NCBI GenBank assembly: GCA_024679065.1
Contig: JAGIQG010000005.1
Location: 60,574,001 to 60,638,000, forward strand
DNA length: 64,000 bases
Origin: Sphyrna mokarran
Taxonomy: Eukaryota
Direction: 5' to 3'
The notes under the pieces are model-generated. The model was not told where the DNA came from, did no database searches, and saw only the letters and a list, made by a program, of their open reading frames with translations. The translations under genes and the position numbers were made by a program. How positions within the stretch are numbered: position 1 is the first letter of the stretch; every line of letters begins with the position of its first letter. This document shows, in pieces, positions 1 through 13,699 of the stretch.

Positions 1-3000
1 ATTGAATCATCTGTGGACCATTAATTGTTTGCCACTTTCTTCATCACATTGTTTTCCTGTTTGTCCATATACTTATTTTATTTCATGTTTTCTTTCAACA
101 TGTCAATTCTAATTTGACCCAACAAAGTTTAAATTTTGGTTTGTTGCTTTAGGCTTGAAAGTGTTAAGAATCCAAATCTGGATCATCAAAGGGCCAAACT
201 GTTAGTTCCAGATAGTAATTGCTGGTTTTAACATGTGCACAGAACAAAGTGGCATCACCATCTCTGGTATTAATTTTAAACAGAGTGTTTAGCTAACCAC
301 TCTATTTGAAATTAATGCCAGTGATAACAGGGCTGCTTTGTGATGTGCACATATAAGATAAGCAATGACTCAGATTAGATAAGTTTTATTGATCAGAGAG
401 GATCAATTATGTGAACATTAATGTTGCTCAAAAAGAACAAAATAAAAAACCACATCTTTTTGGACCTACAAGACCTCACATTCCATCATCTGGGTAACAT
501 GGTGCATTTTCCAATTTCCTGCCCAACATGTTGCATGACTTACAGGCAACTGTCTAGCTAAATGATTCAAGTTAGTAAATTGGAATAGTCTCCTTGGCTA
601 CAAGCAGCAGGGATGCCCACACTATCCAATTTCCAACCATGGGCCTCAATGGACCTTTGGATCTAATTAAATTCAAATCACTCCATAAGGGGTAAGACTT
701 TTTCAGAATGTATTTCCCATAGAGTTTTAAATAGTGATTTGATTGCTAAATGAAAAGAAGATTTGAATACCCTCTAAATCTGATCTTATATAACTGCAAT
801 GCTAGTTTCAGTTCATCTACCTACACCTATTATATTGTATCATAGTTATGGCAAAAATCCTTAGAACCGATCCAATACAAAGAACACATAAGTTACCCAT
901 TACTTTTGAAATTATCATGTTTAAAACTATACTAAATCAATGTTCACAGGATATTGGAGTGACAACTACCTGTTAATATCTTTTCCTTTCACTCTTCAGT
1001 TTGTGTCTCAAAGCTGCATTCTGAGGTGTATATGAAAACTGGGTTAAATGGATAGCTCTTTGACTGTTAATAATAGTCATTGATTGATCTGCAAATTAAA
1101 ATTCAAAGGATTTGTTCTGGTCATGAATCAGTCACAGAATTAACAGGCTTTTGGATCCCAAATGCTATATTAATGTTGCCAATTAGCATTCAATGCATAC
1201 GTTGTGTAATCAGAGATTTTCTTATTTTGTCATAGTTAACATTCACTTGTGATTTTTGGATATCTGGATGAGAGGGAGTTCAAACACATTTTACCCACTG
1301 CTGTTGTTATTTCACCCCAGTCATCAGTTAACAGGAAATGGAGTGTTGTGGGGTCCTCTTGTGGTAGTGCTGCAACATGACACTGTCATTATTCCATCAT
1401 TTTCCAATAGTGCATTTGGGATTAAAATATATTGAGATTAAAATATTGTCAGTTTCAGCCATTCAAAAAAAAAACAGTGAAATCTGTAAAGTATTCAAAA
1501 TTTCCAAAATTATATTAATCCTCATTATTTCCATTTACATGTCTTTGGTGATTTTTCCACTACACCCAGTCATCACACTGAGAATACATGCATGCACTGA
1601 AAATAGTCACCCATACAACCAGAGTAGAGATTTTTGGAAGCAAAATCCCGATAAACACAGCACAAATGGTGATATTCACCATTGCTGGAGTTTAGAAGAA
1701 ACCCTATGGAAAAGCTGACAGCAGTGACAACTTATTAAATAGACAGGGTAGATTGCACAACCTGACCATATCTTTAATGAAATATTTGATAGCATCCTCT
1801 ATATAAAACCTAATTGTCACAGACTCTCTTTAATATACTAATATCTTTATTTGAATATAGAAATATCATTAATACTTGCAACTGTATTTGTGATGCTGTA
1901 AAATTTACCACAGGGAATTTATTTTATAAAAGAGCTGCAAATCCATTAGTTGACCCTTCAATTGTTGTATTAACAACAATCTCTAAACTTTGAGTTACAG
2001 TGAATTGTTGCTCAATTCTGGATGTTCTGTATATTATTTTAAATTCATGGGTGATTAGTATATAACCATATGTCATGATGGATATGGATTAAGTATAGCC
2101 AAATAATTAAACCATAACAATTCATTACCTGATATATTATGATAGATTTTGTGCTTTTAGGTTACAATTATAAAAAACTAAAATAAGAAATCAATAAATC
2201 CAAAAAATAATAGCCTTCATACTCCCAGCTTACCAACCTATCTCATTATTAGCACTGTTAATATTCTAATCTTGTATCTTAAGTAGCCCTATGCATGGTT
2301 CAAGTGCAGGCAATCTGTAACCAAATTACGAATTGGCTTGTAAGAATGTCTGTGTTTTGCCCTTTCCATAGCCATGTAACTAAAATGAGCCTGTCACTAA
2401 CATACTGTATTCAATGGGGAGGTAACTGTCAGAATGAGAGCAACCACAGAGTAATCCTGCTGCAATAGGAAGTTTGGCACACAAGCAGAAAAAATACTAT
2501 GCAAATATGCTGAGAGTGGCGTGGAGACCCAAATGTGAGGAAAAGAACACATATATACTTCAAGGCCTGATGATGGCACCGATGTTGGATTACTACAATG
2601 AGATTCTCTAGAACGGTCAGTCAATTTTATCTCACTGTTCAAAAGCAACCCATCAACTGAGTATTACTGCCCCTTCTTCCCTTACCTTTTGCATGTAACT
2701 GTTAAGATGTACACATCGATATCCGGCCAGCTTTTTTCTGTGCTTAATGAAAACTGTATTTGGGCACTTGGTAAATATACATACATACACTTACAGTAAT
2801 GCTTTGAAATGTTGTCTCAATGTAGTTACTTCCAACACTGATCTAATAAATTGCGGAACTTAATTTTCAAATCGATTATTGTGAATTTTGAATTTATAAA
2901 AATTGTGCAACAAAAGAATTGCAAGTATTTCTGAATTATTCTCCAGAAAATAAAGATTCGTTTGTTAAACTGTGAGTTCACTAATGTCCTTTAGGGAACA

Positions 3001-3592
3001 AAATCTGCCATCCTTACCTGGTCTGGCTAACATGCGACTCTCGACCTACAGCAATGTGGTTGTCTTTTAAATGCCCTCAAGGACGAGCAACAAATACTGG
3101 CCCAAGCAGCGATGCCCACATCCCATGAACGAGTAAAACAAAAATTCAAAGACCACTACCAACTTCCCAATTTCTCACAATGACTGTTTTCCCATCCATT
3201 ACTAGACTGGGTGGGCTTCATAAATGTGACTCTAGTGTCATATGATCAAAAGCTGAGTTTTAGGAACTCCATCCCTATTACTATAGATCCCATCAGAACC
3301 ATCAGTTGTCAGCCAATATGAGAACCAGGCTTTGGAACTAGTTGCAAATCATGCAGCAGTCAAAGTACTTAAACTATTCCAGCGTCCAAGTTCTCCTTAT
3401 AACAACCTCCTGGATATTTAACTACAAAAGAGCTTGCGGTCTGCAGGGAATCCCTGCAAGACATTCACTTCAACTTTAAATTGTCAAATTCATTCAAATA
3501 AACCACAGGTTTGTGAGGTGACAGACAAGAAATTATAAATCAGAAATGAATTAACTGCAATCTGTAAAAGTGCGTAATCTTTATCTGTATCT

Positions 3593-3622
3593 TGTGTGTG
3601 TGTGTGTGTGTGTGTGCGCGTG
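3593..3622. repeat. (GT)n microsatellite
   Basis: Direct reading. Confidence 0.95.
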
Positions 3623-4766
3623 CACATATAAGACCAAGTGTGTCATGTTGAGTTTATTTCACTTAAGTGTGGGAGAATAAGTAACTTCATTTTAAACTCA
3701 TGAAAGCTTGCGAATTATTTAATTGGAATGCACATTCCAAGACTAAAAAAACACAAACCTCCTCTTTACAAACATATGGAAAAAACAAATACCGCCTGTG
3801 ACGCAAGGATGAGAATTCTAAAATTGATAGGGACTCATTTTTGTCAATCTCTCCTCAATGCCAACATATCCTGATCTTCTGCTCCACCTGCTCCACTCTC
3901 CTATCCCATCATATAATGCATCACACTTCAACCCCACTTCAACTTTAAAGAAGTCATATAGACTTGAAACATTAGCTCTGTTTCTCTCTCCACAGATGCT
4001 GCCAAATCCGTTAAGTGCATCTAACATTTCATACACATTTTCCAGCATTTTGTTTTATTTGATTTCCAGCATCTGCGGTATTTGGCTGATATTTGAGGGA
4101 GCCAATGTAGGTGTGTGAACAAAGGCTAGAAATACTATTATTCCAAGTGCAGTATTTCTGACTCCAACTGATTGAGTTGAACCTTTGCTGCACTATGTTA
4201 ATCCACATAAAGGACCTCACTTTTGCAGTTGGACACAAGGCACACACAGTTTCAGTCAAAGGAATGTGGTTAAGTCTTTTGTCCACTTCCTATCAAGAGG
4301 ACATATCTGAGAGAGTTACCTAGCTACCTACCAACTACACCTCCAATACCTGCAAAGGATAGATTGATAGTTGACAGTTGATGAAAGTCCTATCCGAAGG
4401 AGCCAGTAAGGCTCAAAACAGGACCTGTCTGTACAAATTTGGGATGGGGCCTATTCCTCTACCTGTTGTTGAGGCAGGATTTCCAGAAGTTTGGGGCCAA
4501 GATGTGTAAAATGGAGTGTCCATCTGTGCCCAGAGCTTGAAGAAGTCACTAAATCATCTAATAATTACAGAAATAATAGGAATCTGAAGTTAATTTGTCA
4601 TCAGACGTTTTACTGACACAAATAGACTAGCAACCTCAAATGAGAGTCACCAGTTATGAACCAACTTTTCAGAACGCAACGAAGAAATGAAGAGCCTTGG
4701 CGTCTGGCACCAACTTCAAGATTTCATCTGCTGAAACTGAATCACAGGTGCTGGTGCGATGAACTC

Positions 4767-4878
4767 TTAGGAAGCCTGTCCACATTGTAAGTTTGAAGGT
4801 CTTCCCATGGTTACATAGACATCAATAGGCACATTAGTAATCGTCAGGCAGTGACTCCCATTGCATCTCCTAAGTTGC
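4767..4878 (-). CDS. FAM229B: FAM229B last coding exon: (R)QLRRCNGSHCLTITNVPIDVYVTMGRPSNLQCGQAS*
   Basis: Acceptor ...ttacacag, phase 2, TAA at 4767-4769. Matches the FAM229 motif RQLRRCPGSHCLTITDVPVTVY. Confidence 0.92.
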
Positions 4879-5529
4879 CTGTGTAACATAATCATGGTTG
4901 TTAATACACATTTCTATTCTCACAAAATATTAACTAGTCTAAAGCTTTCTAAGATCCTGTTGGTTAATCTTATAATGAACCTTCATATTGTATTAGGGGT
5001 AAATTAAGGGGAATGCCAAAATTATTTTCTTCGTACTTCATCCTTTATAATTGGTTACAAAGCTTACAACTAAAGGTGAACATATTTCTGTATTTTTAGT
5101 TTCTCAAATTGTTCAGTTTATGTTGGAATGCCTTTATGAAAATAAATTCCAAGAACCTGACATTTTAACATAAAAATGAACAAGAAAACCACTAAAGATT
5201 GAGAAGATTGTTAATCAGAACTGACAAATTATTTCACCTGAATGTGAGAAAAAATAAATTTAAATGAGGATATCAAAAACAAAAGGTGATAAAAATAATA
5301 AAGTACCAATATGGAATTGGTAGAAGAATCATTAGAAAAATTGCTGAGAGGTACAAGGATTTTTATTTTCGTCAGTGTCTGATATGTGTAGAAATCAATC
5401 ACCATTGGCTGCATTTTTCAGTGTCTTGGGATCTCCGTCTTCCTGGTGAAAATGTAGGGGATGTCCCTGTCATGCAGGAAATTCATGACTGTTAGCTGGT
5501 CGATCCAATCAAATAATCAACTAGATGGC

Positions 5530-5870
5530 CAGATCATAAAATCCCTACAGTGCAGAAGGAGGACATTTGGCCCATCAAGTTTGCACCCGACTCTGATAGA
5601 TCATCCCATCCATACCTTATTCTCATAATCCTACCTATTTACCCATAAATGTGTAGATTATCCCCCTAATCTACACATTTTTGGATAATAAGTGGCAACT
5701 TAGCATGGTCAATCACCTAACTTGCACAACTTTGGACTATGGAAAGAAATCGGAGCACATAGACACGGGGTGAATATGAAACTGTGTGGAGGTTACCCAA
5801 GGATAGATCGGAAAATGGATCTCTGGCACTGTGAAACAGCAGCGCTAACCACTTCATCACCATGCTGCCC
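5530..5870 (-). mobile_element. HE1-like tRNA-derived SINE
   Basis: tttggactatggaaagaaatcggagcac...cagcgctaaccact..caccatgctgccc. Confidence 0.75.
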
Positions 5871-7469
5871 ACATGTGCTTATGGATGTTTTATCATCCTA
5901 GGAATGGTGGCCATTCAATTGGCCTATGAATGGGTTGGTCCCTGAGCAATCTCCCAATGTCATTTGATGACTGTCTTATTAGCAAAATATAGCTTAACTG
6001 GTGGTGAGGTCAGCTACCATTCCTACTCCCATCCTCCACCAACCACCTCTCCCCAACTCCATGTCTCACCTCCCCACCCCTCAGAACTTTCTCTTTCCTT
6101 GCTGCCCCTACAAATTGCCCTTGAGGTGGCTATGTTGGGGGAGAGACTTACTTCTGCAGCAGCTTTCATCAATGTTCATCTCTCTGTAATAGTTCTGGAC
6201 TGCCAGGGACAAACATCAACTGCTGCTGGAAGACCATCAACTCAGTGAAAAGTGCTCTTCAATATGCTCGTAACTCATTGGTCTTCGAATGCCAAGAAGT
6301 AAGTTTTCAAAACTAACACAGAAAGGCCATTGACTAAAGCCTTCCCACCAGGATATACTGAGGGATGGAAACCTTTATAAAACCCTTCAACCAGTGAACG
6401 TTTGATGTGAAATGTAAATTTATGTTGTAAATATAACCTGAAAGGGCAAGTGTAGTGAGGCATTTCATGCACAGTACTGAAGGAAATTGATCCATATTGT
6501 ACTTTATGTAACATCAAATTTGAACTGTAACAAATTTTGTGAATAAAAAGGAGAAAATGACCCAATATGAAATGAACACTCCCTTCTCCAGAGGAATATA
6601 TCCTATTTAACTAATCCTTAAGAGTTTAAGTGTAGGTGGTAGAGGGACTCGAAAACATGCTCAGTGCTAACTGCAGTTTAAGCAGTTAAAACTCACTACT
6701 GTTCCTTCCTGTTAAGTGTTTATTTGGGACTTTCTATCCACTACAGTACAAGCTGCAGGGTTATCTGGAGATACCTGAGATAAATCCATACTCTTACTGA
6801 CAAGGATACCATTCGAGATTCAATTCCAGAGTTGGTCTGTTAACAGTAATAACTTTGCAACACCTGATCTGACAGGTTCAGGGATCCAGTTACCAACTCC
6901 AGCATAGAGTGATCTAGTTCCCAACTTCCATTGCCAGACACATCATTTTTTTGCTTCATCTGAAAGAGTCTCCACAAAGGACTTGAAGTAAAAAGGGAGA
7001 ATATTAATTTCAATTATGTGGAAATTATATGGAGAAAAGGGTGAAAGTCTTCCCTGAAAAATAGAGTACAGTTATAACATAAGTTCGGCTGCCTGTTAAC
7101 ACAACAGGTTGAAACAAAGATCCCACTGAAGTATGGTTTCTTCCCTATTTACCACCCAATGCATCGAAGGGTGTGAACTCTTTGGACCCCAGAGGCAGTA
7201 GAATAGCAATTATTATGTCAGACATGCTCTGTAGCCTTCAATGAAGCGGCAGAAACATATTTATTGTTTTTTTTTAGTCCTGAATTTTGAATGTAAGATA
7301 CATTGGCAAACCAAAATAGGGAATGATAAGTCTATGTAAAACCTGAATAGTTTTACAGATGCTGCATTATGGAGGAAGAAACAACTTCCAAAGCTAAACA
7401 GTGAAATACTTAATGGATATTCTTTACATTAATGAGGGATGAACATCAACAAGTTCAATTTATAGGAAC

Positions 7470-7800
7470 ATTTATACAATGCTTTTCACAACCTCAGGGT
7501 GTTGTGCTTTCCCAGCAGTTAGATTGTTTTGAAGTGTAGTTAGTGTTGTATTGCAGGAAAACACAGTAGTCAAATTGCACACAGCAAGGTTTCACAGACA
7601 GCAACAAGATAATCAATCTTAGTCATGTTGGTTGAAGGATAAATATTGGTCATGAAATACCAAGAGAGTCCACCTACTCTTCTTCAAATACCACCATGAG
7701 ATATTTTGTATCCAACTGAGTGAGAAGACTGAGCCTGAGATTAATATCTCATCCAAAAGATAAAATGTTGGAATAAACTGTTACCTCACACAATGGACTT
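7470..7800 (-). mobile_element. Deu-domain SINE, reverse copy
   Basis: ggttgaaggataaatattggtca and tttgaagtgtagttagtgttgtattgcaggaaa. Confidence 0.55.
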
Positions 7801-9109
7801 GAACTTGAAAAGGATAAAGGCTTAATGCCAAAGCATATGGGAAAAAGAACACACAGCTGTGTGGATCCTAAATGTGAAATTTATATGATGAACCAATCTG
7901 AATAGCATATGCCTGTTTTAAGTTTTCATTAAGGTTAATGTTCTTCTATTTCTGATATTCTATTGCTTAAAAACTGCTCAGACAGTACACGTAGTGGCAT
8001 TGTGGTACTTGTCACTGGATTAGTAATGCAGAGACCCAGCAGAGTGCTCTGAGGGGACCTGGGTCTGAATCCCATCACAACACGCAATGAAATTTGCATT
8101 CAATAAAAATCTGGAATTGAAAGACTTAATGATGATCATTATCAATTGCCATAAAAACCTATCTGGTTCACTAATGTCCTTTAGGGCAGGAAATCTGCTG
8201 TCCTTATTCAGTCTGACCTACATGTGACTCCAGACCCACAGTAATGTGGCTGACTCTAAAATGCCTTCAGGGATGGACAGTGCACCTAACTAGCATGTAT
8301 TTTGGACTATGGGAGGAAACTGGAACATTCGGAGAAACTCATACAAACATAGGGAGAACACGCAATGTCTGTACAGACATTGTTCCATGCTGGGAATGGA
8401 ATTCTGCTATTCTGTGCTTTTACTGGGTACTTAATTTGCAAATCTTTAGGAAAATCACTGGGAGGTTAAGGGTGAAGTGATGTTTCATAAAGCTAACAGG
8501 GAAACTGCAGAAATCAACTGGCAACCTGTGGCAATTTGCAATTCATGGGGTTATTTTTTCCACACCATAAGTCGTTGGCTGTTCCTGCATTATTAACACT
8601 GTTTTGTTCAGCCCTACAAGGTGGGATATATCCTTTATATGCCTGCTTTTTGTTCTACTCAGAACTCGGCGATGACACGAGATTCCCAGAAGACGATAGC
8701 AAAAAAAAACTTTAGGGATGTCCCCAAAGCTTTCATGGAGAGGTCAAATAGTCCTGCCAAGCTTTGGGATCCCTAGCTTGTCTTTGACCAAATTGGAACA
8801 GGTTCATTAGGGAAGGCACAAACACAGATATCAGTCCTACTGCCTGCACACTCTAAACATGTTAAATGTAACTACTTAAATACCAAAACCTAGAGGGTGG
8901 TGGGAATCTGGAACTCACTATCTGTAAGAGTAATAGAGGCAGGAATCCTTACAACATTTAAGAAGTACTTTGAAGAGCACTTGGAATGCCATAGCATACA
9001 AGGCTAGAAACCACATGCTGAAAAATGGAATTAGAATTGATTGGTTCTTAATGGCCAGAGTAAGCACGATGGACTGAAGGGGCTCTTTTCATGGTGCAAA
9101 ACTCAATAA

Positions 9110-9425
9110 CTAAACCCCATCACAGGCAGTGCAGTGTGGAAAAATGGCTGCACTGTGAAGAGATGCCTGCATTTGGATGAAACTTTAAACTTTCCTGCTG
9201 ACACTTGCTGCAAACAATTTCGAAGAAGAGTTTTATCCCAGTCCTGGCCAATATTTATTCTCCAATCAATATCATAACAGAATATTATCACACTGCTGAT
9301 TGTGGGATTTTGCTGCTAAGTAGTTACTGTTTCCTGCATTATAATCCACGCCCAGACTTGAAAATCACTGGCTGTCAAGCATTTTGACCTGTCCAGTGGC
9401 TTGACAATCGCTCTATAAACGTAAG
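9110..9425 (+). mobile_element. Deu-domain SINE (SacSINE1/AmnSINE-like)
   Basis: tttcgaagaagag...gtcctggccaatatttattctccaatcaatatca...gattgtgggattttgctg. A reverse copy lies near 7470-7800. Confidence 0.6.
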
Positions 9426-9619
9426 GCTTTTTATGCTTTGGAAAGGAGTTTCCAAGGCACTCTTCCAAGACTTTGGGGGCCGGTCTCGTTGAAAGCGTGT
9501 GCTGGCTGGTTGCAGAGTGCAACTACCAGCCTGAGGCTCTTAGGGGCAGCATCAGCCCAGTGAAGTGAGGAAGTGCTGTCGATGAAAAGCGTGCGGTTGA
9601 TGTACATGCAGTATCTTAC

Positions 9620-9786
9620 CGTCCGTGGCGGGGCGATGGAAATATCTCAGCACAAGCCTCCCAATCCGAGGTGGAGCCCAGGCGCTGCTGCACAGCTCCC
9701 GCTTCACCCTGCCGCTCCCCCGACATCAAACAGTCCCCTGCCTCCAGAAACCTCCGGGACTGCACAGCAGTCAACTCAGCCGTCAT
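9620..9786 (-). CDS. FAM229B: FAM229B first coding exon: MTAELTAVQSRRFLEAGDCLMSGERQGEAGAVQQRLGSTSDWEACAEIFPSPRHG(R)
   Basis: ATG at 9786. RRF-x-EAGD resembles FAM229 RRFPVEGGD. Donor gtaaga in phase 2 joins the 4878 exon in frame (92 aa total). A polypyrimidine tract and AG at 9803-9804 imply an upstream non-coding exon. Confidence 0.85.
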
Positions 9787-10339
9787 AATGTTAACTTCCG
9801 AGCTGAGGAAGAGAGAGGAGCAGTAAGTGTAGAAGAACTACCAACTTCAAGAGCCTAATAAACGATCAAATAGGGTGGCCAGCCCGGAACCCCCAAATAG
9901 TAATGAACGTCAGCAAAGAGTGCAGACATTCAGCGGCTCTGAATGTAAAGGTGTTGTTCCTTCATCAAAACTAGATGGGCCAGCGTCTAATAGAGAAACA
10001 GAAAAACTAAATGGAGGCAGAAAGAAAATACACAACCTCCGAGTTCTGAGGGAGAAAACTGATATCTCAGTAACCGCAGCATCTTCAACCTTCATTCCAG
10101 ATTTCCTGCAGTTTAAATACTTCTTTTGTTAAATATTTAGTAACAAATATACTTATAAAAATCCTTCAGTAAACCCAAAATAACATTAATAAACGGAACT
10201 GTCATTTTTTTACGCTCCGAAAAGCTAAAAAGGTTTGTTCATATACCCAATGAATCGTCTCAGTATTAACTGCCTTGCTTCGTGTGACTGATATATTTGC
10301 GTGAATGTGGAAGATCTGCTCTAAGAATCTAGGTCGTAC

Positions 10340-10580
10340 TGGTTCTATTACCATAAGAGAGTCCTCTCCGTCAATGTACGGGGTTTAATAATGAACAGCC
10401 ACGCCGATGCTCCTGGTTACAGTAATCAGTCTTTGGTTGAAATGTTTCCCTTTTGCGTCGGCGCCGGGAGCACAGCAGCGGCGTCCAGTGTCACAAAGAC
10501 ACTCTGTTGATGCGTTATCGCCAGTAACAGGCCATCAGGTTAACAGGGAGTGACACACAGCAGCACAAACACCGGTGTAT
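10340..10580. promoter_or_regulatory. Small CpG-enriched patch, candidate FAM229B promoter or first non-coding exon
   Basis: Local cluster of CpGs (gcgtcggcgccggg, gcggcgtcc) ~0.6 kb upstream of the FAM229B coding exon. Possible minus-strand donor gtaata near 10350. Confidence 0.35.
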
Positions 10581-10710
10581 GTGTATCTGCCTATACATAT
10601 ACATATATGTATGTATATATGCCTATACATATGTATGTATATCTATACATTTGTATATGTATATGTCCACACATGTATATGTATGTCTACATGTGTGTAT
10701 ATATGTACGT
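10575..10710. repeat. Degenerate (ATAC/ATGT)n alternating purine-pyrimidine low-complexity tract
   Basis: Direct reading. Confidence 0.85.
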
Positions 10711-11070
10711 TTCTTAATATTTAAATGAGCATGTATGTATGTCCTCCTGCACAGCTAGGAGAACCTTTCATCGTCGTTGACAAATACCAATTCACACTCA
10801 CAATTAGCAGAATGGCAGCTGAGAAGCGCAATGAAATTGTATCATCTGACAAACAAGAAAAGGGTGGAAATGATAGCAAAGCCTTGCTAGAACCAACTGA
10901 CTGTTCATCAAAAACACCAATGTACACGTAGGCAGGAAAATTGTATTAGTATCTGTTCAATCAATACCCAACTTTTGTTCTGGGAGTGGAGGGGGCTTAA
11001 TGATAATGTTAATTTATATAGCTTAATTCCTGAATGTCTCAAAATATTGACATATTGTGGTTGTGGTTTA

Positions 11071-11600
11071 CGAACATATGCAGTTAGAGCAGGAGTAGCC
11101 TATTCAGCGCTTCCAGCTTCCTCCGCCATTCAATAGAATTATGCTTGATCCGTTTGTGTTGATTTCCACTTGTGATTCCCTTCCCAATAAAAATCTACCT
11201 CTGCCTTCAAAATGTTTAATAACCCCACTTCCACCACATTCTGAGGCAGAGTTCCAAAGTTGCACAATCATCTGAGAGGGGAAAAAAACTCCTCATTCTA
11301 TCCTTTAAGGGCGACTCGGATTTTAAAACAGTGCTCCCTAGTCCTAGATTCACCCACAAGAGGGAACATCCTGTCAACATCCACCTTGTCAAGATTATTA
11401 AATCAAGCCATCCCTCAATAGTCTAAACTCCAGTGGAAACAAACCCAGTTTGCTAACATTTCCTCTCTCATAAGACAACACACTCATTCCAGGTATCAAT
11501 TTAGTAAATCTCCTCTGAACCTTTCCCAACACATTTACATTCTTCCTTAAGTAAGGAGACCGAAACAGCATTCCACATTCAAGATGTGGGGCAGGATTCT
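11071..11600 (-). mobile_element. Degenerate CR1 LINE 3' fragment
   Basis: ORF remnant PHLECGMLFRSPYLRK..KVQRRFTKLIPGM and CR1 3' UTR. Confidence 0.85.
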
Positions 11601-13699
11601 CCTGTTTAAATGCCCACGCCATCATAACATGCTTTCCAAATGTAAATATAAAAATCCTTTGATAGACACAAAATAATTAGAGTAAAATTAACTATCAACA
11701 TTTTCACAATCCCAAAAGTTAATAGACCCAAGGCTATTGTCCCACTATCAGTTTCTTTGCATTATTTTAATGATATGTTTTGTGAAGTGGAAGATTTGCT
11801 CTAATATTCGATGTTGTTAGTTCTTGGGCTGAGTGTTTCAGGTCGGATTCATCCATCTGAAAAATGTAAGTAAGCTCATCTCGAAGAACCCATTTTTAAA
11901 AGGCACCTCAGTCTACATGGTTAGAGATAGGCCCTCATCCAAAAAATGAAATTGTGATCACTTCCTGCCACTGACTAGGGGAACACCATCAACCCCTTAG
12001 CAAAAAGAGTTTTCTTTTTCCCTCCAGCAACAATAATGGGTACCCCTTCCCACATGATCAGATCCCCCTTACATCCACCCCCACTCAGCCCTTCATTCCC
12101 CTCACTCAGCCCCCTCCACTCTCAGAGCCCCACAACCCTCTCCTCTGACCCCAAATCAGCACCTCCTCTCTCAGACCCCCAGTCAGCCCCATTCTCTTCA
12201 ATCTTCTCTCAGACCATCTACTCAGCCCTACATCACATCCTTCTCAAACCCCCTACCATTTAGGCATGAAGGTGACTCATCTAACCTCTTATCATCCTCC
12301 CTTTCCCCTCAGATTGCCCAGTCACCCCCCCTCCCCTTTAGTCCCCCCATTTATTCCCCTCAATCACCCCACACAGCCCCCTACCACCACTCATCTGAAG
12401 CACAGATTTCCCTTTGTCAGAAGTTGCAAGGATGAGCAACAGCTTCAAAGTCCTTCTGGCAGCAAAAAAGTCAATTTCATAAGGGGATGGGGTGGGAGTG
12501 GAATGGATGGTTCCATTCTACATAGATATGTGCTCAGCTCCAATGTATTCACATAACTTTGATTTGAAGTCTCTGGGGATTCCTAGCAAGCTGAAACATT
12601 TAAAACCCTCTCTATTTTATTGGAAATCTTTGATATCAGTCAATTTCAAAGTGCAGTGCTTTGAAAGAGACTTCCATTCACAGTTTAATGGATTTCTACT
12701 CAGTCTCCAATCAGCTGTATTTATTTACGTTTCCCACACTTCAATGCATCTCAAGTACCTTCATTATTCCTAACAGCAATGTTGACATTGACACTAAGAT
12801 TGATTGACAGGCTTAGAGTTAATTGGCAGAATTCTCCAGCCGTGCTGGTCTAAATGCTGGAACTTCCCGACCCACCGTCAATAGCATTTTACATTCTCTG
12901 CAACTCACTCACTAAAATTCCAGTGGGGGCAAGATGGGAGAATTCCAGCCAATATTTTTAAAGGGAATATGTGGTCTACACCAGAGAAAGAGAGGCTAGA
13001 GTGGGGGGTCTGAACAGGGATCTGAATTGTGGGAGGGGCATTCTCATGTATGTGTGTGTGTGTAGGATAGGAAATGACCCATGATTTGAGTGGTTTGGAA
13101 AAGGACGCTAATTTTCTGAGAGGTTGATGGTATTCCCTTGGAATCCAGCACACTACATTCACACGGGTGATTACCAGCACCAAAACTTACCTGGTGCAGT
13201 CCCCACTGGGGGATGAGAGGTGCATCACAGGGGGCTGGTGAATGCGCCATCAAACCCATTAATTGTAATATTGTGGCAAACATCTTGAGTGATGCTGACA
13301 AGCAATGAAAGGCATCTCATGTCTATGTTTCACACTGTAGTCTTCTTGTAATGCTGAAGATTGACTAAGGATGGTGAAGGATAATTCAAAAATTGAGAAG
13401 TTGAGAAAGGAAAAGCATATATTAATATCGAAAAATATTGAAGCTTGAAAAATGTACACAAGAATATTAGAGTAAGTGATCCATCTATATCATGATCACA
13501 AGTAAAATTTAAGCTGGTTTGCAAGTGTTGGTTAACAGTATTGCAGGAAGCTTTGTGTGTAATCAAATGTTTGCTATGTATTTCCTCATCAAATTCAGAT
13601 ATTGTGTTATTATGAAATATTTTATTCAACAAATTTCTTTTTGTGTTAAATGTTAATGTGCAAATTTGAAACCGGCTGCAGTTTTAAACTTGAGAAATT

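Noticed and set aside
1-4700. Expected 3' end of LAMA4 (the neighbour of FAM229B in human), including an exon-like segment near 153-231
   Set aside because: No laminin G-domain peptide could be recognised. The segment (LESVKNPNLDHQRAKLLVPDSNCWF*) matches nothing I know.
12036-12400. Proline/serine-rich ORFs
   Set aside because: C-rich low-complexity tract typical of repeat interiors, with no splice or homology support.
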